A DNA stretch of 63,997 nucleotides, filler included, from Basidiobolus ranarum (lineage: Eukaryota), in the NCBI GenBank assembly GCA_040143965.1. It is 5 parts of 5 records of this genome, joined end to end, with 100 filler letters (N's around TTAATTAATTAA, not from the genome) between each part and the next. Parts side by side here need not be neighbours in the genome. Positions count along the whole stretch, not along the records: positions 1 to 13,214 come from JASJQH010007373.1; positions 13,315 to 26,477 come from JASJQH010007375.1; 3 more parts are not named here. One strand, written 5' to 3'. Below the pieces are notes generated by a model. The model was not told the DNA's origin. It did not search any database and saw only the letters and a program-made list of their open reading frames with translations. The position numbers and the translations under genes were made by a program. This document shows positions 1 through 13,360 of this stretch, piece after piece (positions within the stretch are counted from its first letter, which is position 1; the number at the start of each line of letters is the position of its first letter).

Positions 1-222
1 AAAATTTGGGCAAGCCCAATTCTTCCCATATACTAGTGACTTAAGTATATTGTGAGAAGGGTGTACATGGGGGATTGCATCCCCCAAACCCCCTGCTTTC
101 TTTTTATACTGGGAGGACTGCATCCCTCAGACCCCCACTTCTCATCCTTACCCTCCCTTACCCTTACCAGAACATCTATACTCTAACCCAACAGCCAATT
201 TGGCTTCCTTCCTAAGCTCTCC

Positions 223-480
223 TTGGATATGGCTGGAGTACTCAGTCATGACAACATCTTGCAATATCCACAGGCTGCAATTCTTTTTGATATCACCAAA
301 GCATTTGACACAGTGGATAGAGATCTGCACTGGAGAAAGCTTCAGTCTTTGACTTCCAAGTCCTTTACTATGCTGGTGAGGGCCCTCTTTATTGACAGTA
401 AAGCCAGAATCCTCCATCCTGAATTCTCCTCCTGCTTATACAGACCCCTGCTTTTCATCTTTTGCCGAAAAGAACTATAA
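223..480 (+). mobile_element. Degenerate non-LTR (LINE-like) reverse transcriptase fragment
   Basis: Translation contains AAILFDITKAFDTVDR, matching the non-LTR RT motif D-x-x-KAFD-x-V. The ORF is short and isolated, and positions 1-465 have no CpG. Confidence 0.75.
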
Positions 481-884
481 AACAATTCTGGGCAATACTA
501 TAAATATCTCCCGTTGAATTCAGATTTTACATCTCATTTGCATAATTAATAAAACTAGTACTTTTATTTCTGCTGGTATATGATTAAAAGCAGTGCTTAT
601 ATTAACTGCCAGGCGCCAAAATTATATTATATTTCCATCATAGTCACCTCTTACCAACATAGGAAAAATGCTTGAGGTCTGATAGAGCAGATCAAGAATA
701 TATGCAGGTAAAACGCCGCAACTATTAAGCCATCAATTAGTTATTTCGTCGGTAGAACTCGCAATTTGGTAGCGGTGACATATCTGTGTTTACTTCCTCT
801 AGGGTAACATCAGAAACATTCAGGTATACACACAATACAGCGGGGAACACGAATAAATCAAGTTTACATTAAGCTCTCTGAGGG

Positions 885-1946
885 TTACGTCGGAATCATG
901 AAGATCCCCGTGATGATGGCTATTGTAACCAAGAACGAAAGTAAAGTGACTCTAATAGCCAGTTTACGTCTTTGTTGATTAATTATTGGATCCTCGCCGT
1001 AGGCCCAATGACAGTCGCGCCCAACTTCAAATGATAGTATCTCACGCCTTCCCAGAAATTGATTGGTCAAACAAATACCAAACGGCGTTACTAGTAATCT
1101 TAATAAACTCCAAGATAAAAATAAGCAAAAAATTATCCGATACCAGCGGCTTTGATGTGTTAATATAATAGCAATCAAACCGCCAACTGAGAGTAAAAAA
1201 ACAGGGAGAGCCCATAAAATGCGCTGACGTTTGGTTGCATCCGAAATATTTGCTGTTGCTATCTTTCGGAAATTTGGTATTGACGAACTAGCTATTAACC
1301 AATGTATCTCTTGATATGCGGATTCCAAAATGGCCGGATTGGTTGTGATCCTGGCATCTGATAGTAGTTGCTTTCTTGTTTCATGAGAGATATTCAACTC
1401 ACTACTGGAGCCTGGCAGGAAATATTTCAACAGAGCTTGGTCTAGATCAAGTCGAAGTGGTTGTGTTAGTGCTGCTGATGTTCGCTTATCCAGAGTTTGC
1501 TCTGACGGAGTACAAGCAAAGGCATATTTTTCTAGGCCTGAAGACTTTTTTTCAGTATTTTGGAAGGTTGAGCTCAAACCCTTATTCGTATGTAACTTTA
1601 TGTCTGAGACCATAGATGGGTCCTCGTGATGTTGCTCGATTCTGGGACTTCTCAGCTCTTCAGAGCGAATGGAAACGCTTACAAACCCTTTTTGTGTTAT
1701 ACTGTGGCTCGTCTTGTGTAGAACCTTATGCACATCGATAGTAGGGCACTCGCTTTGCTGTTCTAATGTCAGTCGTGAAAATTTACCAATGTAATCAATA
1801 CGCCAGAAACAAAAGCTTATATTCTCGATACTCTTCTCTTTCACCTCGAGGTAGTTGTAAAAGTCTTTAAAAGTGATTGGTGGTTGTGTTTTACCAGCTA
1901 GTATTGCGTCTAAAAGCTCCGTGTCCGATATCTTCGATATATCCAT
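885..1946 (-). CDS. RGS-domain membrane protein, Rax1-like (bud-site/polarity family)
   Basis: Intronless 353 aa ORF. N-terminal LDAILAGKTQPPITFKDFYNYL..E.SIENISF and YFLPGSSSELNISHETR form a split RGS domain. Three C-terminal hydrophobic segments follow. Confidence 0.8.
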   Translation of the reverse strand: MDISKISDTELLDAILAGKTQPPITFKDFYNYLEVKEKSIENISFCFWRIDYIGKFSRLTLEQQSECPTIDVHKVLHKTSHSITQKGFVSVSIRSEELRSPRIEQHHEDPSMVSDIKLHTNKGLSSTFQNTEKKSSGLEKYAFACTPSEQTLDKRTSAALTQPLRLDLDQALLKYFLPGSSSELNISHETRKQLLSDARITTNPAILESAYQEIHWLIASSSIPNFRKIATANISDATKRQRILWALPVFLLSVGGLIAIILTHQSRWYRIIFCLFLSWSLLRLLVTPFGICLTNQFLGRREILSFEVGRDCHWAYGEDPIINQQRRKLAIRVTLLSFLVTIAIITGIFMIPT

Positions 1947-4900
1947 CTACTCCAAATGACTCAGTAAGAGATAACAAATAGGTGTAAACCAGGAGTAGTA
2001 AGTGAGGATATGAGGAAGTCCCTTCGATAAGCTAATTTATTTTCGAACGGGAAATAAGAGCTGGGGCTCTTAAGGCTTTATAGCATCAGATGCCCTCATA
2101 ATTGTATGCCATGTGTACCTTTAGATCGCTCTCCAGAGGCAGGATCATCAGCCCTAGAAATAATATGACTCCAAATTGGAACATTTGCATAGCTTTACTG
2201 AGTGATTCGTATTGGATGAGAAGTACGATTGGTTCGTATTCTTCAAAGCCGAAACCTATTTGAGGGAGCTGGTTTCTTCTACTTGAATAAATTTCGTTGC
2301 GGGAAATCCCTCTCTTGTCATGTACAAAAGCAATCAATCTATTTATGTGAATTCCAATCTGGATTCAATATATACAGGCTACAATACGGTGGAACTCGAA
2401 TATACGTCTGCAGCTCCAAGTTCGATAACGTCCAGTCTATGTAGTAAAACCTTGAAGGTTAGTAAAGGAGTTCCGAAGCCCTTAAACCTGGATTCATGAT
2501 TAGTACATTGGACACGATTTGTTACCTTACGCTTGTTGTCACATGCGTTTCAAAATTCCAATTGCGAATGTTTATATTAGCCTCAATACGATTCTATGTT
2601 CTTCACCAATCTCCAGAATCATATGCCACTTTTGCTGAATATCTGACTTTCAAAGGCAGACGTTTTCTGACAAGTATTAGCGCCGTCTAGAAACTACACC
2701 CTGAGGTATGTGTTGAGTTTTACCAGAGTTACGTATAAAATCTGCTTGTTAAGAGACTCACATGTCACTGTAGATTTCTTCTGGACATGGTGTCTTTCTA
2801 AACGCTTGGTTTTAGATAATCATGGGACAAATGTAACAATATTTCGTCTGTAACATGGCCTATAGCAGATAAAACTGCGTGGATGCGCCATCGCGTTCTT
2901 AGCTATCTTCTGTACGATCTCCAAATATGCACCACATATAGCGTCCGCCATATAAAGAAGCCCGATATGCATAAACTTTGCTGGTATGCAAACTCCTTGT
3001 CTCAATTTGCTTAATATTTACTCAACTAAGTAGATGCCAATTCGTCAAACAGCAAGTTTACATACACTATCTGGAGTTACCATGGGCGAAATCGCCAAGT
3101 CATGTTAAATGTCTTAAACTCAGTGACGATACCTAAGTCTACCTCAGTTTGAAAAGGTATGTTTTCTGTTTAGCATATTTCCATTTATGGAATGCTTAAG
3201 CAATCGATTGCATTTCAAACAGTGTAGTAGTAATCAGCACTTGGCTCCACGATTGTTATCTTACGGATGAGTGACTAGCTCATATGAATACCTAACACCG
3301 CAATTACTGATTTGAGGGGCCTTTAAACACCTTAATCAGAATTAAGTTGAAAATCCAAAATGTTTGTAATTAGAGCGTTTAGAAGGTGCGACTAAAGGTA
3401 GGACTCTTGAATTAAGTTGATCATAGCTAATCTATGGCTTCTCGTCAACATGAGCACGTTTGGTTGAGTATAGGAAATCTTACCACCGGCCTCCACATTT
3501 GCCATCGAAATATATCATTTAAAACGTGTCACATATCCTGAGCCAATAGGAATATCAACAGACATGTGCATATTTGATAACCGCCTATTTCGGAAACATT
3601 CTACTTGGAGAAGAGCTGTACGAAAGTCACGATTTAGCTGGACAGTTGACTGCAGACTGGGAATCCTTTAGAACAGACATCCCCTCAAACCAAGGCCAAA
3701 GGTTAATTTCATTTCATTGAATATATAATGAGCAAAATGATACATCGCGACTTACATGTACATGTAATGATACTTCTTCGCAGTTTTAGCATCCCTTTGT
3801 CTCTACATTCTTTTATTTATAGGCATTAATAAAGATCATTGGCTCATGCTCCAGAATGAGAACACTCCGCTGTAGAGCCCCATCACTCAATCATTATAAT
3901 AAATTATCTCCTATGATTGAATGAGGGGCCGGTAGTATCGGGTACATTTAAGCAAACCGACATTTGACACAATTATGGCATATTTAGTCCTTGTAATTTA
4001 GAGTTAATTTTAACCCTGTGCTTAACATACACCAGCAGCCTAGATACTTCACGATAGAACCATCATATATCTGTGAATGCTTGTGGTATGTAATAAAGAT
4101 GCGTCCACCAGTAGACACTCTAGAATGTCATCAACATTCTGCCATTTTTTACAAAGTGCTTGAGATTAACTTTTTAAAACTTTCCTCTTGGCTTTACTAC
4201 AGAAATAGCTTCGAAAAATGTTCATTCGAAGGATATTGAAATCATGATACTCAGTTATTTTACTTGCTATCACTATACAAGCTTTGCAATTGGTTTATAG
4301 TGGCATAATACATGATATATGGTAATCAAGTACGGATTTTATGCTTCAGTAATTGACTACATTAGCCTACACCTCGCCTTGGTACTATCAGTAAATGTTT
4401 ATGGCTAAGAATCTTGAATATCTACCTATTGAGAGTTCAATATCAACAAAAGCTGTAAATTAGGATGCCAGTCACTTGATAGCTCACACAGTACTGTCTA
4501 CAATGCCCGAATCACTGTCTCACATCACCCACATGAAATACTGGCTCACTGCCAACGGATACAGCCGCCCAAGCGCTTGATTCCATATAATGTTAACTAA
4601 CCGAAAAATGAGACTTAAGCCATAGACTGTATAGATGAGCCTGTGGGCTAATCATCAATCACCGGCTATAATTTTTCAAGAAGTGACACCAAAATTGTGT
4701 ACCATAAGGATCACGATAATGTGAAGGGATGAATCAATCAAAGCCCAGAAACGAATGTATTTTTAGCACAATGGGAACTGAGATTTAATTGTGGAATAAT
4801 GCTAACAGTTCCATCGTCTGTATTTTTTTACTTCCAGACCTGGGAAATACTACGTGTATCATCGCCAATACTCATAAATACTATGATGCGCCCACTACAA

Positions 4901-5384
4901 GTTGACGATAACTCGTAGAGAGGAGAGAGATTTTGCAGAGCTATTTAGCCCCGCGGCGAAACTCTTAAATTATGCAAGAATGGGTGGGTATTTAAAGTAC
5001 TTTGATAATAAGAGGATCTCTGCACTCTGATGGCACCCAACGTCAAGAAAATCCGCCGCCACATATGAAACTGACTCAATTTACAACCAGTTTTTCATTG
5101 ATTTTCTATTCTGAAGTTACTTCCTGAGTGCATTTTCACTGGATTGGCTTGGAGATCATGACGCCTGATCCTCATGCCGACGATATATGGCTTTTCTATA
5201 GTATGAGCAATCCAATTCAATATCTACAATACCTGTTGCTAGGCGGTCAGTTAGTCGATTCCTAATGACCACTAGGTGTGGTTGACATGCTTCACTTCGT
5301 AGCAACCAAGTATAAATCAACCTATCATCCCTTAACATTTTATTGGTCTACGCTCATAACCAAGCATCTGTTAACAATCCAACG

Positions 5385-6437
5385 ATGTACGGCAAATCTC
5401 TTCTTCTGATCAGTATCTCGTTGATGAGCGTTTCTTCCTGCGACGTCGAATGTGATCTTCCTATACCAAAGAGTTACCACACATTGCCAGCACTATCACC
5501 ACCAAAGATTGATGGTCTCCTAACTGATAAAGTTTGGAGCTCCGTTGCATGGTCGACCCCGTTTGGAGATATCGACTCTGGTGATGAGTTGGACTCCACT
5601 CTTCTGACAAGATTCAAGTTTACTTACGATGATGAGTACTTCTACATAGGAGCCGAAATACTTGATCCAAATGCTGCTTCAAAGGAATGCGAAGATAAAT
5701 TGAACTTCAAGAACAGCACTTTCACCATCTATATTGATCCACTGCGTACAAATCACAACTACAAGGAGATCGAAATTACCCCATTCGGGAAAATCCGGCA
5801 AATTGCCTGGGACAAGCCACCCAGTGATGGTGGAGTTCCCAATGAAGAATGGTCACTAGGTCCCAAGGCCCGCGAAGCAATCACCATCCACTCTGGCTAT
5901 GGAACATTAGCTACCCGCAGTAACAACAAAAAGAAGTCCTGGACTTTGGAATGGGCTATTCCCCAAGATAGATTACTAACTGACTGTAAGAAGCGTGGTA
6001 GATTTGACTTCAATCGTCGCCCGGGAACTCAATTCAGTCGCTTTGGATCACGATCAAGTCGTAAGAGAACTGACGTAACTCAATATAAACAAACCTGGTC
6101 GCCTCAATTTAGCGATGATATTCAAAACCCTGAATGGTGGGGATCTGTCTTCTTAGGTGATGTTGATGACAAGAATCAAACTGATGTGACAGAGGTACCG
6201 CGTTTCGTGCTTTCTCAGCTTTATCGCGCGCAGCGAGAGTATAAACATGAAAATGGATGCTACACGAAGGACATCACCAAGCTTGACATTGAAGGTCCAA
6301 AGCTAGGTAAATGTACAGATGTCCCTACCATTGCTTTAGGTGATGATTGTCAGACATACACGGCGCGACTGGTTTATCAAGATGTAGTTGGGAAGATTCG
6401 GCAAGATCGTTACTTAACATTCGAGCATCGAAATTAA
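5385..6437 (+). CDS. Secreted carbohydrate-binding family 9-like (CBM9/DOMON-like) protein
   Basis: ATG at 5385 is followed by a signal-peptide-like MYGKSLLLISISLMSVSSC. Motifs PPKIDGLLTDKVW, TRFKFTYDDEYFYIGAEI, IYIDP..NYKEIEITPFG and WTLEWAIP match CBM9-like domains. Intronless. Confidence 0.75.
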   Translation: MYGKSLLLISISLMSVSSCDVECDLPIPKSYHTLPALSPPKIDGLLTDKVWSSVAWSTPFGDIDSGDELDSTLLTRFKFTYDDEYFYIGAEILDPNAASKECEDKLNFKNSTFTIYIDPLRTNHNYKEIEITPFGKIRQIAWDKPPSDGGVPNEEWSLGPKAREAITIHSGYGTLATRSNNKKKSWTLEWAIPQDRLLTDCKKRGRFDFNRRPGTQFSRFGSRSSRKRTDVTQYKQTWSPQFSDDIQNPEWWGSVFLGDVDDKNQTDVTEVPRFVLSQLYRAQREYKHENGCYTKDITKLDIEGPKLGKCTDVPTIALGDDCQTYTARLVYQDVVGKIRQDRYLTFEHRN

Positions 6438-8554
6438 ATTCAGCAAAGGACCCACTCCATATAACAAATCATCTATACCACAATATGTAAGTTACCAAAA
6501 AATGGTTTTGTTTTCTTTTTGCTTTTAAATATCAGACTCTATATAAGCTATCTCAATATCATACCAAGAACTGTCTACGTAACCATCCCTTCTACACCTG
6601 TTTTTTACCGGAATCCCTGGAGTGCTAATTTGTATCAGCGAATGACAATCTTGGAAATACAATAAACAACATAACGATTTGCTTATGTAACAATTGAATT
6701 CGGGTACAAGTCAGTGCATCATGCTGTGAAAATGCGGCCCTGAGACCAAGGCCATCGCATTGCATGTCCAAATTTGATATATACTTTGTTATCAATGTTA
6801 TATTAGTAAGCATATTTCAGATATTTATTCAGTTGGATATGTGTACGCTTTTATAGCTTACTCCCTGATGTAACAATATTATTCTGGCACCTGTTGAGGT
6901 GAGAATGGATAACAGATAAGCTAGCGTTTATAAATGAGTATTCAGCACTGCTGAAAAGCTGATAATAAACATTTTATTGAGTATTCTAACCTTTAGGCTT
7001 CTAATATGATTAATAAATGCAATGTTGCGACATAACCTTAGCAGCTGATATATGTACACGTTGCATTACCAGTTTTCCTGCTTTATTATACATACTTTTT
7101 ATCTGTTGGTCTAATAATACGCTTGGTATTTATATGGTTTGGAAATTTATTGTCTTTCTCGTTTTATATATAAAGCTACTACAGCTCTATGTATATTGTC
7201 AGTAGGCTCTGTGAAATTCTCTAAGACTTATCTTAGTTGTTAATGACCATTACGTACATGTTCAGCTGGGATAATAGGCTTGTTCCATCCGGCCAGGGGT
7301 TATCGAACTTTGTCTCAGTATAACACGACTACCATGTCAGTGAGTGGTGATAGTGCCAAATTGAGTCATATAAATCTTGAAACACACTAACCAGTAGTAC
7401 ATAAACTAGCACTCATAACTGCTTCACATTGTTGCAGTAGACCTTCATATAGCTTGCTTATATCTATTTGGGATAGCTGGGCACACTTTATTTCTTAGAA
7501 ATTAAAAGGACTAGCAAATTCATGGACCTTGTAAATACAAGCAAAAGTAAACATAGCAATCTCATATATTGCCTATAATCTAGCAATAGTTACATATATA
7601 CCAATCATTCATTCAACAGTTCGAAGAGATTGTTCAGTGTTCCTATGCATGCCAGAGTTTTTTAGGTAAGTTTCCCTGATCAACACAATCCATGAAGCTG
7701 CCAGAGATATTCTTTTGGCTAAATCTGGGTTGGCACATATGTATAACATTACTGGGGAAATAGTACAAGTTTTCTATAATATTCATGTTTGATTGGGACA
7801 TTTTTTCATAAACCTGTAATATATACTGGGAATTTTCATTCAACAAATAGCTTCAGGAGTTATCTTGAATACATGGATTGCTAAGAAATACCATCTTCTT
7901 TAAATCTATGAATTATGTAATATTGGTCAATATGAAAACAAAGTAGTATATTGAAACTCCAATAATTTGTGAAGTTCTCATTAACTAGTTATGAATTATT
8001 TGGGTTCCGATTAAAATATGTGACCAATGTTAAGTTGAATTATCGAGTGAATACTACTGTTATTAAATTTACTATCCTCTGATCTGCTCCAGTTTATCGT
8101 TATGAGTAATAATGAGGTGAAGACGGGATTCCCCTTAGGTAAGAAGTAGAATTGTTTCTTATTCGGACAAAGATTTTCAGTGAGCAAGTAAATATGAGGC
8201 TTGGTAATATAATTAGAAATGGCGCCCTTAATATGAAGCAGGTAAGACCGAAACATTTCCTAACGGGTTCCTTGTACGCTACTCTGAACCTTGCGTTACT
8301 TGAGCTAATTCACGATGTTCTCCCATACAGGGCAAATAAGGGAGGGTAGGGTGGAAAGGATGATATCGGTACGTCCGGTCTTATTTGCAAAAACACTCTG
8401 ATATGTATCACTTTATTTAATTCTCAATAGGAAGCCTGTTAATACAAATTTCGAAGTGAATTCATTATTTGTGAAAGATGGGTGTAATAGTTAATTACAA
8501 TATATGAATATTGGGTTATATACATGACGTAGAGTGGCTTAACTTCAACCAAGT

Positions 8555-10349
8555 TCAAAGAACGAACCCTTGAATAACATTAGTAATGGTTGGTATAGCG
8601 ACTAATATAACAATGACCGTTCCAAAAAGGACGAAACTTAGTGATGATATAGCTGCCGCTTTCAAATCGACTTCCAACAAAGCGGCGGTAGAAATAGCAT
8701 GCGCATTACATCCCATGGATACTCCAACGGCAACGTAATCTTTCGAATCGACACCTAAACATCTTAAAAACCATGGACCGCAAACAGCACCAATAATTCC
8801 TGTAAGTATTACGAACACGACCGTCATTCCAACATCTCCACCGAGCACTGTTTCTATGTTAATCGCCAATGGTGTGGTAACGGCTCTGCCAGCGAACGAA
8901 AGAGCTCTAGGCGGGGTAATATGAATTGCCCCTGCTACCAGAGGGTAAAGAAATAATGAAGAAACACTCAAGATGACAATGGTCGGAATCATTTCGAATG
9001 CATGATCTCTCAGCTCCTTACGATATTTGAACATATTGAATGAAAGTGACACAATACTACCATCAAGTAATGAGTAAAGTACATCACCCGCACCAAGCTG
9101 AGGAACAGAGCCCGTTCTAGAAGGGTCAAACAAAACAAGATAACGTGTACCAGTAGAGAAAGCAGCTAAACCTTGGTGTAAACCTTGTCCCTTCATCAGT
9201 GCAAGAAGGTAGATAAAGAGGATCATCAATGCTGAGCATGTGATTATGGGATGAAGAAACCGTCTGATTTTGAATGGTACTGCTAAAGCAGCGTAGAAGC
9301 TCAAGACATTAAGTGTCAATTGTACTGGTAATGTTTGGCCAGTCACTAAATAAGCAATAAAAGAAGGAACAAACAGAACTAAGTAGATTATAGTATTGCT
9401 ATACGTTTCCAAACACCTCATCAGTTTCGAGGTTTTTGCTGGTATCTCTGAGAGTTCAATCTGACCATCGAAGGAGCGATTCCCTTTTGATGAGAAACTT
9501 TCATTCCCTGGAGAAACCGAATTTTTCTCATTCAAGGTGGGATCATCTAAGGAATCTACATCAGCTAGATCGATAACACTCGCTTCTTTAGACTCTGGTC
9601 CATGAGATTCAACATGATTTTCGGTGGGACGATCATGACTTTGGAAAATACGTCGCTTAATGCTTTGAAAGCCACGAATCAGGTATGTTGTCAGTACAGT
9701 TGAAAGAAGCAACCCAATCACTGCAGAGAAATAATAGTAAGTAAATTATCTGCAGCCAAGACAATGAATGACCACCTACCAAATACCCCGATTACTTTTC
9801 CGAGCTCTCCAAGGGTGATGGAATTGCTATTTGGGATCAGGATGAAAGCGGGTGAGAAAAGGATGTTGATCCACTTCAGCAGGAAAGTCACCGCGGGTGA
9901 GAAAATATCAATGAACTTTTGGGTGTATCGTGGAGTGATCATATTGAATATCAACAGGAGAATGAAAGTGAGAATCATGCATGCAACCTAGAAGAAGGAT
10001 TAGGTTTAGTTCATATGTTGGTGGCAAAAGGAGTCCCTCAGCGAACTACTCACACTACCCGGGAATGTGATTGGAGTGAGCTTGATCAAGCGATCCGTAC
10101 ACCAGACATACGCCAATATAGCAGCGATAGTGATGGGAGTGATCAGCCAATCTGTTATAAAGCGCGATTTGTTTGCACTAAGGAACTATAAACCGAAATG
10201 ATCAGATTAGCGAAAGGGTGATTATAGCGTGAGCATAGAGGAATAGGCCCCTAAAGAGTGCAAGGCTCTAGTCAACATACTTGAAATAGAACTTGCATAC
10301 TGGTCTTGTCCTCTATGGGAATGCATTTCAGGGGATCGTTGGAGGCCAT
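8555..10349 (-). CDS. LrgA-LrgB fusion membrane transporter (LrgB-like / PLGG1-like), 4 exons
   Basis: ATG at 10349 (MASNDPLK). Spliced exons give the LrgA-like ITFPGSV and FLLKWINILFSPAFI. The terminal exon has LrgB motifs RAVTTPLA, TGIIGA and GVSMGCNAHAISTAALL. Introns are GT-AG. Confidence 0.85.
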
Positions 10350-12008
10350 TACGGCAATAACACTACTTTTAATTGTGCAGAGAGTGAAAGCGCACCGAAA
10401 AGGATGAAGTAATGAGCCGTGGTTGAAACAAATTGTAGTGAGAAAAATCTGGATTGTACCAATGCGATGCCTTTTGTATGAATTGCCAATTCCCTATTTG
10501 GGCCAAAATTTACTTATCAACCGCAAGCAATCATTGGGTCTCGGAGCGGATAAAATTGCTGATTTACATTTTACGCCACCCGAATGAGCGATAATCTTGA
10601 TGACATTACTGAGATTTCAAAAAGAGATTTGAAATTGCTCCCCTAAAACCTTCCATTAAACCTAATTCCTGCTTTAAAACCTAAATGCTGTGACCGGCGT
10701 TCCACGCACTTACTCCCCCAAGGCGCCACTTCAGGTTGACTATAGCTACGAATAATTCAGTTACAACCTCAGGGGGTTCCATTGCTCTGTCAACGAAGGC
10801 GGCGATGATAGATGGATACTACTCGGATGATTCCCTGGGAATTCATTCAAGGAGAGGGGTGTGATTTTGCTGCGACCAAGACGATTTCCTGGCTTGCAGG
10901 TCACAAACCGCTCTTCATTTCATGTGTTAATAATCAGACGCGTGTAACATGTCATGTTCTCTATTTGTATATAGATGACTTCAATACTAGGGTTTGAGTT
11001 TAGGGCTAGGGTTAAAGTGTCATAGCATCTGACTCATCACGTTGCTATATTTAGAGTCACAATGTTACCTAAATGATTGCATAAGCCGAGGATTGAATTT
11101 CAAACTTTAATCGGAATACTTCAATGAATCAGGAATTGCATGTGGAATCAGATTAAGTATCATATGGTTCATACGCTTGGCTCTTCCAGGATCATGCTGG
11201 TTTAGTCAGGTGGCGAAACGAATGACCCCAATTGCTTGTTTTATTCCCTTCGGAAATAATCTCACATGACTGTTGTGGCGGGGTCTTTTTAGATTCTTGG
11301 GTGTTAGCCTTTTGCAACCGCAACGGTAATATTTTAGTTAAAATAGGGAATCAGTGGTATTCGGGTAGCGTTATTATATATGCATATTAGAGATCTCATA
11401 CATGTTTCAAGAGGTATGGGAAATATTAGATTGTATAATTACAACAGTAGGAATCGCATCCCAGTCATTCAGCTTAAAGTTTGTACCAGAATGAAGGCAT
11501 TGACGCTCATAGTAGTTGATTTGAAATCGTATAGTAACGACAGTGGAGAGAAACCACCGCTCAACTTCAATTTTTTATTTTTGCATGTATTTTCCAAATA
11601 GCAACAACTCTTCATTCACTCCTTAATTCAACTTGGTATTTGTCTCAAAGCCTAAATAACAATCTTTGATAGTATAAAGGTGAATACACTACTCTTGGTG
11701 ATATTTCAGACATTGTTATTTTTCACAGCTAGTGAATCAGCTTTGAGCTCAACACATTGTTGGTCACATTTCCATATGCTATGTTTAATAAAACACAAAT
11801 TTTTGTACTCAAGTCTGCAATATTAGAATTGTACATTTCATTTAACTACTCTTGCCAACACCCATCAAATCTCTCTGCACATATCAACAAGAATCTAAGA
11901 GCTATAGATATAATTCTTTCTTGTTCTGCATGTATGCATCATAAATTATGTAACTTGCATGTTGAATATTGATTAATTTTCTGTCATTAAAAATTTTGTA
12001 CTCAATAT

Positions 12009-12354
12009 TGTTAAAGTATTTGGGAGCCTGTTGGAAGTGGTTTGGAGAATTAGAAGAATTGGTGGTTTTCACTTATTGATTTATTGAGTATTCAGTTGAT
12101 ATTTATAGTTTTGTCAAGATACAAACAAACTAACGTGTAGAATGTGTTAAGAAAGGTCCCAGGAACATGTGTGCAAAGTTTGGGGCTTCTAGCACACGTG
12201 ATCAAAGTCTATATATCTGAGAACTTCTAAGTTGGTGTCAATGTTCTAAGTAAATACCTTATGAGAATAATGGACAATATTAGTGAATTATAAGGTAACC
12301 AAGTACTAAGCTATATATGACTATATAGGTGTTCAGGCAATGCTAATTTCAACA
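12009..12354 (-). mobile_element. Solo LTR of Ty1/Copia family (346 bp)
   Basis: TGTTAAAG...TTCAACA termini. 5-bp TSD AATAT at 12004-12008 and 12355-12359. Near-identical to 40389-40736 and reverse complement of 40791-41111. Confidence 0.93.
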
Positions 12355-13214
12355 AATATGTGTATATAGAACATGCTATTTGCCCACAATCCATGAGCTT
12401 CTAGTGACCCCTGAGATGGATATTAGTGTCAGAAAATATGTAGTCATAAAATATATGTCAAGCAAGAGAGTCTTTCAGAAGAATTATGCACACAGACAAA
12501 ACCTGTTTATGCATATCAACCAGCAACCCAACAACAATTCAGATATTTGTCATGAGCAAAGCCAGTGTGAAATAGCAATATATAGGGCATGACAAAAAGT
12601 GACCAAATCACTCTCATATTCACAGAGACTGCTATTAGGGCATCATGCGCTGAACGCGGAGATATTGTCATCTGAAAATGCATTATTATATTTTACATAT
12701 ATCTCTAGTGGAGAAAATATTTGGCTTTAAATTTCACTTAAACTATAGTCCTGTGGTAGGTATGACCTTGGAAAGTGAAGATATATCAGCAAAAGTTGCA
12801 ATGACCAGTATGTAAATTAATTTTCCCAAAGTGTTAGGTCCAAGCAGAAAGTAATTCAAGGCTGTAACTTTAGTGAAGCAAAGAAATTGCCAAGTGCCAG
12901 AACTTATACCATAGATTGAATAGCAAGCACAATCACAAACATAGATCATTGTTTCATCATAGATATTACTAATAGTCAAAATGGAGCCATACGTGATAGA
13001 ATTTAGTATATTGATACATAAGACTTGTTCCATTTTATTGAGCCAGATCAGGCCAGCTAAAAAGTGTGCCAGCACAAATTGGCATGATTGGGCACTATCC
13101 GGCCAATGTTATTTACCATTTTGGAAACAGTTTATTTTACTTATGTGGTATGTTTAAGAAAAGTACTTTTAGACATTATTGCACATTCAAAAGATAATGA
13201 AAGCTTTATTCATA

Positions 13215-13314
13215 NNNNNNNNNNNNNNNNNNNNNNNNNNNNNNNNNNNNNNNNNNNNTTAATTAATTAANNNNNNNNNNNNNNNNNNNNNNNNNNNNNN
13301 NNNNNNNNNNNNNN
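13215..13314. other. Artificial contig spacer (N44-TTAATTAATTAA-N44)
   Basis: 100-nt N run with a central six-frame stop linker. The same structure occurs four times in the window. Confidence 0.97.
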
Positions 13315-13360
13315 TACCAGGCTTTGATTGATAAACAAACTTGGATTTTAACCAACTTAC

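Noticed and set aside
10987-11014. Telomere-like TAGGGT/TTAGGG motifs (also CTAACCCTAACCCTA near 41962)
   Set aside because: Only 2-3 imperfect units, too short to call an interstitial telomere or a regulatory site.
11660-13214. CpG-poor DNA flanking the solo LTR, possibly an older transposon
   Set aside because: No recognisable protein motif or termini, so it cannot be classified.
13259-13270. TTAATTAATTAA palindrome recurring every ~13.2 kb
   Set aside because: Artificial six-frame stop linker embedded in N runs.
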